From Pirellulales bacterium (GTDB taxonomy: Bacteria; Planctomycetota; Planctomycetia; Pirellulales; PALSA-1355), in NCBI GenBank assembly GCA_040901665.1, contig JBBDYK010000138.1, positions 1 through 38,403 of the forward strand: 38,403 nt of DNA, read 5' to 3'. A program made the position numbers and the translations under genes. The stretch's first letter is position 1; every line of letters starts with the position of its first letter. Shown piece after piece: positions 17,079-26,676 of the stretch. Below the pieces are notes generated by a model. That model had not been told where the DNA came from. It did no database searches and worked only from the letters and a program-made list of their open reading frames with translations.

Positions 17079-17250
17079 GACACTGGCAAGACGGGCGGCA
17101 GGTCACAACATGCGTGGATGCTGTTCGCGACAGGACCGACAGTGACGGCTGGGCGCTCAGCGCCGCCCGTGTCGCTTGCCCAGACGGTCAGCTCTGACAC
17201 GTCGTGGCGACACGAAATGGCCGCCATCCAGCGCCGCTGGCACGGGACAG

Positions 17251-18144
17251 TTAGCGAGACGGGCCGTCGGCGGCAGTGGGAAAGTACTTGGTCGGCGCGT
17301 ACTGGCCATCGGGGCGCCGACCGAGAATGGCGATGAGCTGGCCGGCGGCATCGACGGCGGCGCAAACGTCGACCGTCCGGCCGTCGAGTTCGATCGGCAG
17401 CCCGTTGCCGAGGCGTACGACGTCCGACAAACAGACTTCTACGGTGGGCATTAGGTCAGTCACCGCCAAGGTCGCCGGCAACAATTGCTGGGCGAGGTCG
17501 TCGCGCGTGAGTTGTTCCACGACGATGGCGTCCTCGAGGCGGAATCGCCCAATCGCGGTTCGCACCAACGCCGACATCACGGCGCCGGCGCCGACACGCT
17601 CGGCCAAGTCGCGGCCCAGCGAACGGACGTATGTGCCCGAGCCGCAGTCAATCTCCAATTGCAACTCGGGATAGTCGTAGCCCACAATCACAATGCGATG
17701 AATTTGCACCGGGCGCTCCGCCAGCTCGACCGTTTCGCCGGCACGCGCCCGGGCATAAGCGCGGCGTCCATCGACCTTGAGGGCCGAATAAGCGGGCGGG
17801 CGCTGCTGGATCTCGCCTGTGAGCCGGGCCGCGGCGCCGGCCAGTTCTTCGCGCGTCGGAACCGGCGGGTTTTCGAGCAGCGTCACGGCGCCTTCGACGT
17901 CCTCGGTAGTGCTGGTTCGCCCCAACAGAAACGTGGCGCGATAGGTCTTGGGCATCGCTTGGACATACTCCACCAAGCGCGTCGCCTGGCCGATGCCGAT
18001 CACCAACACGCCGCTGGCCAGCGGGTCGAGCGTGCCGGCGTGGCCAACCTTGGCCGGCTTCACCAGCCGCTTGATTTGATCGACCACACGTCTGGAAGTG
18101 ACGCCCGATGGCTTATTGACGTTGAGGAGGCCGAAGGTTGACAT
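17251..18144 (-). CDS. truB: tRNA pseudouridine(55) synthase TruB
   Basis: From the ATG at 18142-18144: MSTFGLLNVNKPSGVTSRRVV...GHAGTLDPLASGVLVIGIG, which includes the catalytic Asp motif. The C-terminal region is PUA-like. Confidence 0.95.
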   Translation of the reverse strand: MSTFGLLNVNKPSGVTSRRVVDQIKRLVKPAKVGHAGTLDPLASGVLVIGIGQATRLVEYVQAMPKTYRATFLLGRTSTTEDVEGAVTLLENPPVPTREELAGAAARLTGEIQQRPPAYSALKVDGRRAYARARAGETVELAERPVQIHRIVIVGYDYPELQLEIDCGSGTYVRSLGRDLAERVGAGAVMSALVRTAIGRFRLEDAIVVEQLTRDDLAQQLLPATLAVTDLMPTVEVCLSDVVRLGNGLPIELDGRTVDVCAAVDAAGQLIAILGRRPDGQYAPTKYFPTAADGPSR

Positions 18145-18151
18145 GGCCGCG

Positions 18152-19660
18152 TTACAAACCGGTAATTTCGAAATCGTACAGTTCGGCAATCTGTTGGGCT
18201 GATTTGCCGGCCATGCCAGTGAAGCGGCGGTACAGCGCATCGGAGTCCTTCACGCCCAAGCCGGCCAGCGTGCGAAACTTGTGCTCGAGCAGCCGCTCCA
18301 GGTTGCCGCTGCTATTGCGAGCATGGCCTTCGGGATACATCACCAGGCCGCTGGATAAGTTACCGAGGTCGGCATGCTCGATTTCGAGGGTGGTGGGTAT
18401 GCCGTCGGGATACTTGTCATCGTACTCCTGGCCACCGTGGCGAAATTCGATCCGTTCGATCAATTGCCGCGTCAGGGGGTGAAATAGCGCATCCTCATCG
18501 TAATCGGCCGGCACGAGCATCAGCTCGGGCCAACCGGCCTGGTGTTGCTCGAGGGCCTTGCGCAATAGCGTTGCAACGATGTAGACCATCGAGTGATCGG
18601 CGCTTTGTCGCGTACGTGGATCGCGCTTGGCGGGATCGCCGATGATGCCAAAGGCCGGCTCGTAGATCGTGATTCGTAGCGACTTGATCTTGCCCGGATC
18701 GTCCAACAGCGCCGGGTGCTTCACCAACAGATCGATCAGCCCTTGAATCGCACCGGCCGACTGATGCTCGTACAGTCCCAGCTTGAAGTGCATGCCCATG
18801 ATGGCAAAGTCGTCGCCGCCGGCGGCCAGTGCCAAATCGAAGGGACTGCTGCCTTTGGCCTTCGGCGGCTCGAACAGGCAAAAGATGGCCTCGGGATTGC
18901 GAAAGATGTCGGCCGGCCCGACAAAGCCGCGCATGGCGCGCCGCATGCTGAGCACGGCCACTTCCGAGCTGATGGCGGCCGAAGCGCCCTTCGAGTCCGA
19001 TAGTTGCTTGCCGGCGCGAATCGCACGGAAAGGTATGTAATGGGCCACCACCAGGCCAATCGCCGACTCGATTTGCTCGGGCGTAGCGCCCAACACTGCG
19101 CCGTACGTGGCGGCCGATCCGATGGCGCCGTGGACCACGTGATCGATCTTGTAGTTCTTCAGCGCGAACACTTCGGCCAGCCGTCCGCGGATCTCGTCCA
19201 ACAGGATCATGGCGCGCAGGGTTTGACGGCCATCGAGCCCGCGAAGTTGCGCGGCGGCGACGGCCACCGGATAAAAGTCATTGTGACCGAACTCTCCCTT
19301 GGTGGCTTTGCGCGCCGGGTTGTAGCCGAAATTCGTGCCGTTGGAATCCCATTCGCGCACCGCCGAGCTGTTGGCGACCACGGCCTTCTCGGGCATCACT
19401 TTCGTGCGTGAGCCGAATAGCGGCACGCCTTGATTCGTCGCGTATTCCAACGCTTCGCGCCGCAACACCGTCGGGGCGTTTGCGCCGCAGGCCAGTGCCG
19501 AGACGCCGCACGCGATGCTGTCGAGGTGAAATTGCTCGACCTTTTCGAGGACGCTGTCGGCCGGCTGGCCCAACTTGCCCGACATGGTGTCGACTGCGTA
19601 GCGGCCGATGCCGAGGGCCTGGTTTTCCGTACGCGGTAGTTCGGCAAATAGGTTCGGCAC
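18152..19660 (-). CDS. MmgE/PrpD family protein (2-methylcitrate dehydratase-like)
   Basis: Length and sequence are typical of MmgE/PrpD. The GTG at 19658-19660 is preceded by AAGGAG with a 7-nt spacer; the ORF-track start at 19708 is a TTG. The stop lies 7 nt before the truB ATG. Confidence 0.85.
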   Translation of the reverse strand: MPNLFAELPRTENQALGIGRYAVDTMSGKLGQPADSVLEKVEQFHLDSIACGVSALACGANAPTVLRREALEYATNQGVPLFGSRTKVMPEKAVVANSSAVREWDSNGTNFGYNPARKATKGEFGHNDFYPVAVAAAQLRGLDGRQTLRAMILLDEIRGRLAEVFALKNYKIDHVVHGAIGSAATYGAVLGATPEQIESAIGLVVAHYIPFRAIRAGKQLSDSKGASAAISSEVAVLSMRRAMRGFVGPADIFRNPEAIFCLFEPPKAKGSSPFDLALAAGGDDFAIMGMHFKLGLYEHQSAGAIQGLIDLLVKHPALLDDPGKIKSLRITIYEPAFGIIGDPAKRDPRTRQSADHSMVYIVATLLRKALEQHQAGWPELMLVPADYDEDALFHPLTRQLIERIEFRHGGQEYDDKYPDGIPTTLEIEHADLGNLSSGLVMYPEGHARNSSGNLERLLEHKFRTLAGLGVKDSDALYRRFTGMAGKSAQQIAELYDFEITGL

Positions 19661-19902
19661 GCGGGGGCTCCTTGGTACGCAAGTGCAGTTGCGCGCCAAC
19701 CCCGGCAAAGCCGTGGGCTGACGTATCGCGGGTCATCCCGGCAATCTACTTGTCGCGGCCGTGCGTTGTAAACCCTCGGTGCAACGACGCGCCGCTGGTC
19801 GCCTGCTGCGGCTGATGTTAGGATGAAACACAGCACGACGGGCACTCGCGCCGCCGTGGCCAACACGCGCTTGGACCCCCTTCTCAATCCGCTTCCGACG
19901 CC

Positions 19903-21681
19903 ATGCAACTCGAGCAACTGGGTCCCTACCGGCTGGGAAAGCTGCTCGGCAAAGGCGGCATGGGCACCGTCTACGAAGGCGTGCACGTGGAGACGGCCGA
20001 GGAGGCGGCAATCAAGATCCTTTCGCCTGGCCTGGCCGCCGAAGAGGGCTTTCGAGTGCGCTTCGAGGCGGAAATCGAATCGCTCAAGAAATTGCGCCAT
20101 CCGAACATCGTCCGCCTGCACGGCTATGGCGAGCAAGCGAGCACACTGTTTTACGCAATGGAACTGGTACACGGCACCAGCCTGGACGACGAGCTGCGCG
20201 GTGGCCGCCGCTTCGACTGGCGCGAAGTTACCCAGATCGGCATCAAGTTGTGCCGCGCGCTAAAGCACGCTCACGATCACGGCGTGATTCATCGCGACTT
20301 GAAGCCGGCCAACGTGTTGCTCACTTCCGACGGCGAGGTGAAGCTGTCGGACTTCGGCATCGCACGGATGTTTGGCAATACGCGCCTGACCAGCGACGGC
20401 GGCGTATTGGGCACGGCCGAGTACATGGCGCCCGAGCAAGCCAGCGGCGGCACGGTCACCGAGCGCGCCGATCAATATAGCCTGGGCGGCTTGATGTACT
20501 CGCTGCTGGCCGGCCGAGCGCCGTTTCGCGCCAAGACGCTGGTCGAGATGCTGCAATTGCAGCGTTACGCAGAGCCCGAGCCGGTGACACGCTACGCTCC
20601 GCAGACGCCGGCCGAATTAGCTCGCATCATCCATCAACTGCTGGAGAAGGATCCGCAGCGGCGATTCTCCAACACGATGATCCTGGGTCGCAGTCTGGAG
20701 GCAATGGAGCGAGGACTTTCGATCTCGCTGAGCCGCGGCGAGGACTTCGTGTTGTCTGCGCCCGACTTGCCGCCGGCGGCGCAGTCGGGTTGTAACCCAC
20801 AAACCCCGACGCTATCGCCCACCGAGTTGGGAGCTATTCTCGCGGGGAATGAGGACGAAGGAGCTTCGTCCGACGTCCAGATGACGGAAGCCACCATGGC
20901 ATACGGCGTCGAGGCGCCGCGCCCAGCAACGCCGCAGGCAATTGCGCCGGCGGCACAAGCGCCGCTGCCAAGCGACACGAGCAGCGGACGGTTCGTCAAG
21001 GTCGACGAGCAAGCGACGCCGGCTCAGCACGACGACGGAAATCCGGGCTGGTTTTCGCCACAAACCTGGTTGTTGGTTACGGCGCTCGTGCTGCTGTTCG
21101 CGGCGGGCTGGTACCTGATGCAACCGCCGAGCGCCGATCGGTTGTACGAACGAATCGAAGCCGCCACCGCCGACGGCGAACTAGAGCAAATGAAGGCGGC
21201 GCTGCCGGACATCAAGCTATTCTTGCAGCACTATCCCGCCGACCCACGCGCCGAGCAGGTGCAAGCGCTGGCAGAAGAAACACAGCAAAACCACCCGGTG
21301 CAGAGCGCCTACACGCAGGCCAAGCGACTGGCAGTGCTCAACTCCGAGCTGGCGGCCGAAAAGTTTCAGGCCCTGATCGACGTGTACGACGATGGCGAGC
21401 AAAGCCCTGAGATGGTGCGCCACTTCGTTCGCCTGTCCCGCATCAAGCTCAAGGAGTTGCACAAGCAAATTGCCCGCCGCACGTCCGAGGATCGCGTGGT
21501 GGTGGAATCGCGGCTGGAGAAAGCCATATCGCTGGCCGTGGCCAATCCGCCGGAGGCACGGAAGATCTACGACGGCATCGTGACGTTGTACGCAGACAAG
21601 CCCTGGGCGGCGTCGCTCGTGCAGCAGGCCCGCGCCGCCGTAGCCGAGATCGACTCGGCGCAGGCCGCAGTGAAGGACTAA
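19903..21681 (+). CDS. Ser/Thr protein kinase with one TM helix and a helical C-terminal domain
   Basis: Hanks-type motifs are present: GKGGMGTVY, AIKIL, HRDLKPANVLL, DFG and APE. A TM segment follows (TWLLVTALVLLFAAGWYL). Confidence 0.9.
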   Translation: MQLEQLGPYRLGKLLGKGGMGTVYEGVHVETAEEAAIKILSPGLAAEEGFRVRFEAEIESLKKLRHPNIVRLHGYGEQASTLFYAMELVHGTSLDDELRGGRRFDWREVTQIGIKLCRALKHAHDHGVIHRDLKPANVLLTSDGEVKLSDFGIARMFGNTRLTSDGGVLGTAEYMAPEQASGGTVTERADQYSLGGLMYSLLAGRAPFRAKTLVEMLQLQRYAEPEPVTRYAPQTPAELARIIHQLLEKDPQRRFSNTMILGRSLEAMERGLSISLSRGEDFVLSAPDLPPAAQSGCNPQTPTLSPTELGAILAGNEDEGASSDVQMTEATMAYGVEAPRPATPQAIAPAAQAPLPSDTSSGRFVKVDEQATPAQHDDGNPGWFSPQTWLLVTALVLLFAAGWYLMQPPSADRLYERIEAATADGELEQMKAALPDIKLFLQHYPADPRAEQVQALAEETQQNHPVQSAYTQAKRLAVLNSELAAEKFQALIDVYDDGEQSPEMVRHFVRLSRIKLKELHKQIARRTSEDRVVVESRLEKAISLAVANPPEARKIYDGIVTLYADKPWAASLVQQARAAVAEIDSAQAAVKD

Positions 21682-21879
21682 GCTTACCAAGGGCTCGGAA
21701 GAGTTACCCTGAAATTCAGGGTGGCACTGGCGTTGTCCCGGAAACTCGAGGCGGCGCTTGCATTTTGCCAGTGCTCCGCATGTACCCTCAACACTTCACT
21801 CGCTCCGGACCTCGCAGATTTCGAGCGGTCAAACGCTTTCATTGAACTTTTACGAGCTGTTCGCACTATAAGGAGTCGT

Positions 21880-22899
21880 ATGGCACCGCCGCCCAAACCA
21901 TCCGCCGGCAATTTTCCATCGACGCGGCTGCGGCGCTTGCGCTACCACCCGGCCGTGCGGCGATTAGTGCAGGAAACGGCGCTGGCGCCTGCGAATTTCG
22001 TGCTGCCTTTGTTCGTGCGGCCGGGCAAGAACGTGCGCTCGCCCATCAACTCGATGCCGGGGCACTTCCAGCTCTCGGTCGATCAATTGGCCGGCGAGAT
22101 GCGGGAAGCGGCCGAGTTGGGTCTGGGCGGCGTAATTCTGTTCGGCATACCCGACGCCAAGGATGCGCAAGGTAGCGATTCGACCAGCGACGACGGCATC
22201 GTGCAGCAGGCCATCCGCGCCGCCAAGCAGGCCGCCCCGGACGTGCTGTTGATGACCGACGTCTGCTTCTGCGAATACACGAATCACGGCCACTGCGGCG
22301 CGATCAACGACCGCACCGGTCGCATCGACGTCGACAACGACGCCACGCTCGAGTTGATCGCCAGCCAGGCCCTCAGCCACGCCCGCGCAGGCGCCGACAT
22401 GGTCGCTCCCAGCGGCATGATGGACGGCATGGTGGGGGCCATTCGCCAGCGGTTGGACGGCGCCGGCATGACGCACGTGCCAATCATGAGCTACGCGGCC
22501 AAGTATGCCAGCGCCTATTACGGGCCGTTTCGCGAGGCTGCCGAAAGCACGCCGCAATTCGGCGATCGCCGCGGCTACCAGATGGATCCCGCGGCCGCGG
22601 CAGAGCAAGCGCTGCGCGAGGTGGAGCTCGACCTGGCCGAAGGTGCCGATATCGTGATGGTCAAGCCCGCGCTGGCCTATCTCGACGTCGTACGGGCGGT
22701 GCGCGAGCGCTTTCCGGGCGTGCCGCTGGCCGCGTATAACGTCTCCGGCGAGTTCAGCATGGTCAAAGCCGCGGCCGAGCGCGGCTGGATTGACGAGCGG
22801 GCCGTGGCACTCGAATCGCTGGTGGCCATGCGGCGGGCTGGCGCCGGCATCATCCTCACCTATTGGGCCAAGCAGGCCGCGCGTTGGCTGGCTTCGTAA
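21880..22899 (+). CDS. hemB: Porphobilinogen synthase (delta-aminolevulinate dehydratase), Zn-type
   Basis: AGGAG at 21871-21875 precedes the ATG at 21880. [16 protein letters not shown] and the Cys-rich metal site [14 protein letters not shown] are present, along with VAPSGMMDG and the active-site Lys region IVMVKPAL. Confidence 0.95.
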   Translation: MAPPPKPSAGNFPSTRLRRLRYHPAVRRLVQETALAPANFVLPLFVRPGKNVRSPINSMPGHFQLSVDQLAGEMREAAELGLGGVILFGIPDAKDAQGSDSTSDDGIVQQAIRAAKQAAPDVLLMTDVCFCEYTNHGHCGAINDRTGRIDVDNDATLELIASQALSHARAGADMVAPSGMMDGMVGAIRQRLDGAGMTHVPIMSYAAKYASAYYGPFREAAESTPQFGDRRGYQMDPAAAAEQALREVELDLAEGADIVMVKPALAYLDVVRAVRERFPGVPLAAYNVSGEFSMVKAAAERGWIDERAVALESLVAMRRAGAGIILTYWAKQAARWLAS

Positions 22900-22984
22900 T
22901 TCTGGTCACGGTCAAGCGCACGCGCTTCGGTGGTGGCACAAGTTCATCCCAACAACCGGCACTTCCGCACTCGAGGCGATTTCG

Positions 22985-24316
22985 ATGAATCCGTCGCATC
23001 CGGCCAAATCCCCAGATTCTCGTACTCCCGTGCGGCGCACCCGCAGCCACGAGGCCTTCGCCACCGCCCAAACGTTGATTCCCGGCGGTGTGAACAGCCC
23101 CGCCCGGGCGTTTGGCGCTGTGGGGGGAGAGCCGATTTTTTTCGAGCGCGGCGCTGGGGCCTATCTGTTCGACATCGACGGTCAACGCTATCTCGACTTC
23201 GTAGCCTCCTGGGGACCGATGATCCTGGGCCACGCGCCGGCGCCGGTGGTCGAAGCGGTTCGCGAAGCAGCCCTGCGGGGCACCAGCTTCGGAGCGCCCA
23301 CCCTGGCCGAGAACGAACTGGCGCAGTTCATCATCGACGCGGTGCCATCGGTCGAAAAAGTGCGTCTCGTGAACTCCGGCACCGAGGCCACGATGAGCGC
23401 CATTCGCCTGGCGCGCGGCTTCACGGGCCGCGACCTGCTAATCAAGTTCGCGGGCAACTATCACGGCCACGTCGATAGCCTGTTGGTGGCGGCCGGCAGC
23501 GCGGCGGCGACCCTGGGCGTGCCCGATTCTCCCGGCGTGACGCGCGGCACCACGCGCGACACGCTGGTGCTTGCGTACAACGATCCGGCCGCATTGGCGG
23601 CCGCCTTCGCCGCACACGGCGATGCCATTGCCGCGGTGATTCTCGAGCCGATCGTGGGCAACATGGGCTGCGTGATCCCCCATGGCGAGTTTCTGGCCTC
23701 GCTGCGAAGTCTGACGCACAAGCACGGCGCTTTGCTGATCTTCGACGAAGTGATCACGGGCTTTCGCGTGGCCTATGGCGGAGCGCAATCCCTGCTGGGC
23801 GTGACGCCGGATTTGACGACGCTTGGGAAGATCGTCGGCGGGGGTTTGCCGTTGGGCGCCTATGGCGGGCGGGCTGACATCATGGATCACATTCTGCCAC
23901 GCGGCAAAGTGTTTCAGGCCGGCACGCTCAGCGGCAATCCGTTGGCCACGGCCGCCGGCATCGCCACCTTGCGCACGCTGCAAAACGCGCCGCCCTTTGC
24001 GCGGTTGGAAGCGCTAGGCGCGCGGCTGGCGGCAGGACTCGATGCGGCGGCCAGCGCCGCGGGCATCCCTCACAGCGTGGCGCGCGTGGGGAGCATGATG
24101 ACGCTGTTCTTCAACCCCGCGCCCGTCAGCAACTGGGACACGGCCAAGATGAGTGATACGCTAGCTTTCGCGCGATTCTTCTGGGGAATGGCCGAGCGGG
24201 GCGTGTATTTGCCGTGCAGCCAGTTCGAGGCGTTGTTCGTGTCGGCGGCGCACCGCGAAAGCGACATCGACGTAGCGGTCGAGGCGGCAACGGATGTGCT
24301 GGCGAGTGCCCGTTAG
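22985..24316 (+). CDS. hemL: Glutamate-1-semialdehyde 2,1-aminomutase
   Basis: From the ATG at 22985: LIPGGVNSPARAF, SWGPMILGH, NSGTEATMSAIRLARG, IFDEVITGFR and LGKIVGGGLPLGAYGG (PLP-lysine region). Confidence 0.95.
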   Translation: MNPSHPAKSPDSRTPVRRTRSHEAFATAQTLIPGGVNSPARAFGAVGGEPIFFERGAGAYLFDIDGQRYLDFVASWGPMILGHAPAPVVEAVREAALRGTSFGAPTLAENELAQFIIDAVPSVEKVRLVNSGTEATMSAIRLARGFTGRDLLIKFAGNYHGHVDSLLVAAGSAAATLGVPDSPGVTRGTTRDTLVLAYNDPAALAAAFAAHGDAIAAVILEPIVGNMGCVIPHGEFLASLRSLTHKHGALLIFDEVITGFRVAYGGAQSLLGVTPDLTTLGKIVGGGLPLGAYGGRADIMDHILPRGKVFQAGTLSGNPLATAAGIATLRTLQNAPPFARLEALGARLAAGLDAAASAAGIPHSVARVGSMMTLFFNPAPVSNWDTAKMSDTLAFARFFWGMAERGVYLPCSQFEALFVSAAHRESDIDVAVEAATDVLASAR

Positions 24317-24507
24317 AGCGGCGCCTGAGGGGGGAAACTCTGCCGGCGAACTGGATTTTCTCCCCCGGATAGCCCAATTGACGGCCGGTCATGGCGCGTC
24401 CAATTCCCTGGAAAAGTCCGCAACATCCTGCACCAAAAGGGTTTGCAGCAAATCCCCTCGCGCGAGGCACCTGTTGTTAAAAAAAGAAAAAAATCTCCAC
24501 TAGTTTC

Positions 24508-24536
24508 TTGTAAGATGTAGCGGTTGTGACTATATT
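24508..24536 (+). promoter_or_regulatory. sigma70-like promoter for the PEP-CTERM gene (TTGTAA-17 nt-TATATT)
   Basis: -35 TTGTAA at 24508-24513, a 17-nt spacer and -10 TATATT at 24531-24536, embedded in the only strongly AT-rich tract of the window (24470-24540). It is followed by a ~70-nt leader and AGGAG at 24601-24605. Confidence 0.45.
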
Positions 24537-24612
24537 CGGGTTCAACGTGCGTAGCCTTAGTTGCAAGGCTAAGTCAGGCAATCAGGTTTTTTTTGTAGCA
24601 AGGAGACCGCTA

Positions 24613-25602
24613 ATGCGAGTGGACAACAAGGTTGGTTTTTCGCCACACGGCCGGCGTCTAGGCCGTGGATTGGTGGCAATGGTCGCAATCGCGGCCTGTC
24701 TGGGTGCCACCACAGCAAGCGCTGTTCAGTATCAATTCACGATTGATCAGAGTCAGAGCAGCCTCGGGTTTGAACAGTACTTCGGTACCCACGGCGACAA
24801 CACGGGCGCGGACGGTCTGCCCTATCCGCACTTCGTGGCCGGCGACGTCGGCCTGTACCTGGGACCAGTTAACCCGGACGACGGCTTGGGCTATCCAGAT
24901 CCGTCCAACGTGGCCGCGCTGGCCGGCTCGTTCGCGGCGGACATCGATCTGGGTGTCAGCATCCAGCTTGGCGCGGGCCTCATTACGCCGGTTCACTCGT
25001 ATCCGTATTTCCCGTATAAGACGGGTGGTGCGATTCAGCCTCCTCCGGGCGGCGACGGCGTCGGCGGCGTTCCGGGCGCGCTTGCCCAGTATGGTCTGGC
25101 GGTCTATGGCTTCGGTGGCGCTGGCCCCGACGTGAAGTTTATCGACTTCGACAGCGGCGCCATTGGTCTGGCCAACATTTACGGCTTGACGGCGGCGTTC
25201 GGCAGCATGAGCCCGTTGGCCGTCGATGGCGGCGCGGCGATGCCGAATGCGGGTGGAATCAACTACACCGCCAGCAACCTGGGCCTGATCGATCTGACCG
25301 GCACCGAAGATATCTTCTCGGGCGCCATCGTGACCTCGGCTGGAATTTCCGGCATTCCGAACCCAATCGGCTTCGGCATCAATGCCTTTACGCAGAACGT
25401 GACCTTTGACGGGACTACCCTGACGATTCCCGTCGGCAACCGCATCACGTTCGTCGATGGCGGCACCTTGTACGACATCACCACGTTCGGCCAGATCGTG
25501 GCCACCGGCGTTGTCGTGCCCGAGCCGTCGAGCGTGGCGCTGTTGGCTTGCGGAGCGATTGGCCTGGTCGGCTATGTCGTGCGTCGCAAGCGCCGGGCTT
25601 AA
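24613..25602 (+). CDS. PEP-CTERM sorting-domain secreted protein (Gly-rich, no recognisable domain)
   Basis: AGGAG lies 7 nt before the ATG at 24613. Signal peptide RGLVAMVAIAACLGATTASA. The C-terminus VVPEPSSVALLACGAIGLVGYVVRRKRRA is a PEP-CTERM anchor. Confidence 0.85.
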   Translation: MRVDNKVGFSPHGRRLGRGLVAMVAIAACLGATTASAVQYQFTIDQSQSSLGFEQYFGTHGDNTGADGLPYPHFVAGDVGLYLGPVNPDDGLGYPDPSNVAALAGSFAADIDLGVSIQLGAGLITPVHSYPYFPYKTGGAIQPPPGGDGVGGVPGALAQYGLAVYGFGGAGPDVKFIDFDSGAIGLANIYGLTAAFGSMSPLAVDGGAAMPNAGGINYTASNLGLIDLTGTEDIFSGAIVTSAGISGIPNPIGFGINAFTQNVTFDGTTLTIPVGNRITFVDGGTLYDITTFGQIVATGVVVPEPSSVALLACGAIGLVGYVVRRKRRA

Positions 25603-25671
25603 TCCGCCCTGACTTGAGTTTGCCTGATTAAAACCTTGAGAGTCTGAAGAGCAACTAAGCTCACCACCCCT

Positions 25672-25712
25672 CCGAGCCCCTGGTATGGATTACCAGGGGC
25701 TCGGTTATTTTT
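25672..25712 (+). terminator. Rho-independent terminator of the PEP-CTERM gene
   Basis: Perfect 14-bp stem CCGAGCCCCTGGTA / TACCAGGGGCTCGG (25672-25685 and 25691-25704), a 5-nt loop, then TTATTTTT (25705-12). Confidence 0.85.
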
Positions 25713-25752
25713 GTGCCATGGGGTCGGGCTTCCGGCAGCAGCCAGCTCGACG

Positions 25753-26427
25753 TCAGTCCTGGCGGTCGCGCTTTTCTTCGGCCGCCGTGCGGCGGAAATA
25801 TTGCGGCGTCAGGCCAAACACGTCGCTGCGCTGGCCCGACTCATGGAGCTTCCACCCCAAACTTCCGACGGTGGCTGCCGTGGGAGCCCACTGCTCTAAC
25901 GCGACGGCGGTCACACCGGCCGGCAATCGTTCCAGCAAGCGCTCGAGCCCCGGACCACTGACAACGCTCCCCGGCGAGAGCGCGGCGAGCCAGGCTTCCT
26001 TGGCCACGACGTGGGTGGGCGTGACCTCAATCAACTCGGCGTCTTCATCGCGGGAGAACTCGGCTGCAAACAGCTCGCCCCGTTCGGCATCGAGCACTGT
26101 CCAAACCCGATCCACGCCGGCGCGGGCGGCGATGGCCGCCAGTGTGTGAACGCCGATCAATTGGCACCCAACGGCATAGGCGAAGGACTTGGCCGTGGTA
26201 ACGCCGATACGCAGTCCAGTAAACGACCCGGGCCCAGTCGCCACCGCGACCAATTGGATGTCGCGGGGCTGCCAACCGACTTCGTGCAACAACGCGGCGA
26301 TGCCTGGCGCCAGCGATTGAGCGCTACGCTGTTCTGGGTCGAGTTGTCGTTCGGCAAGGAGCCGATCGCGCGCAAGCGCCGCGACCGAGCCGCGCAAGCC
26401 GATGGTTTCGATCGCCAGGATTCGCAT
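25753..26427 (-). CDS. tsaB: tRNA t6A37 threonylcarbamoyl-transfer protein TsaB (YeaZ family)
   Basis: From the ATG at 26425-26427: MRILAIETIGLRGSVAAL...VAVATGPGSFTGLRIGVTTAKSFAYA, the TsaB/YeaZ signature. Confidence 0.85.
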   Translation of the reverse strand: MRILAIETIGLRGSVAALARDRLLAERQLDPEQRSAQSLAPGIAALLHEVGWQPRDIQLVAVATGPGSFTGLRIGVTTAKSFAYAVGCQLIGVHTLAAIAARAGVDRVWTVLDAERGELFAAEFSRDEDAELIEVTPTHVVAKEAWLAALSPGSVVSGPGLERLLERLPAGVTAVALEQWAPTAATVGSLGWKLHESGQRSDVFGLTPQYFRRTAAEEKRDRQD

Positions 26428-26597
26428 GGCAGGCCGGGACAGACTTTGGGAAAAAGCGATTCGTTCCGCAAGGACGCTACTGTCGACTGTTTGAACGAGG
26501 CCGACAAGCCCTGCGCGGACGTAGCTGAACTCGCAAGAGCTCCGATGCGGGGCGCGCAACGGCTGGATTCTGGCGAACCCCGCTACGGATCCGGACG

Positions 26598-26627
26598 TTG
26601 CATCGACCGGCGCTGATTCGTTATACT
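26598..26627 (+). promoter_or_regulatory. Possible sigma70-like promoter (TTGCAT-18 nt-TATACT) for the second DUF1501 gene
   Basis: -35 TTGCAT at 26598-26603 and -10 TATACT at 26622-26627, 50 nt upstream of the ATG at 26677. Confidence 0.25.
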
Positions 26628-26676
26628 TGGCGAGCTTCGCCTGCCCGAGCCCCCGCCTAGAACGGAGCCGATTGCG

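Noticed and set aside
21721-21879. N-terminal extensions of hemB (from 21721) and hemL (from 22790)
   Set aside because: The extensions lack homology to the enzyme families, and the hemL extension overlaps hemB. Internal ATGs at 21880 (AGGAG upstream) and 22985 give canonical N-termini.
24317-24380. Imperfect hairpin (GGGGGGAAA ... TTTCTCCCCC) after hemL as a terminator
   Set aside because: The stem is bulged, the loop is ~19 nt and no T-tract follows, so the evidence is too weak to call.
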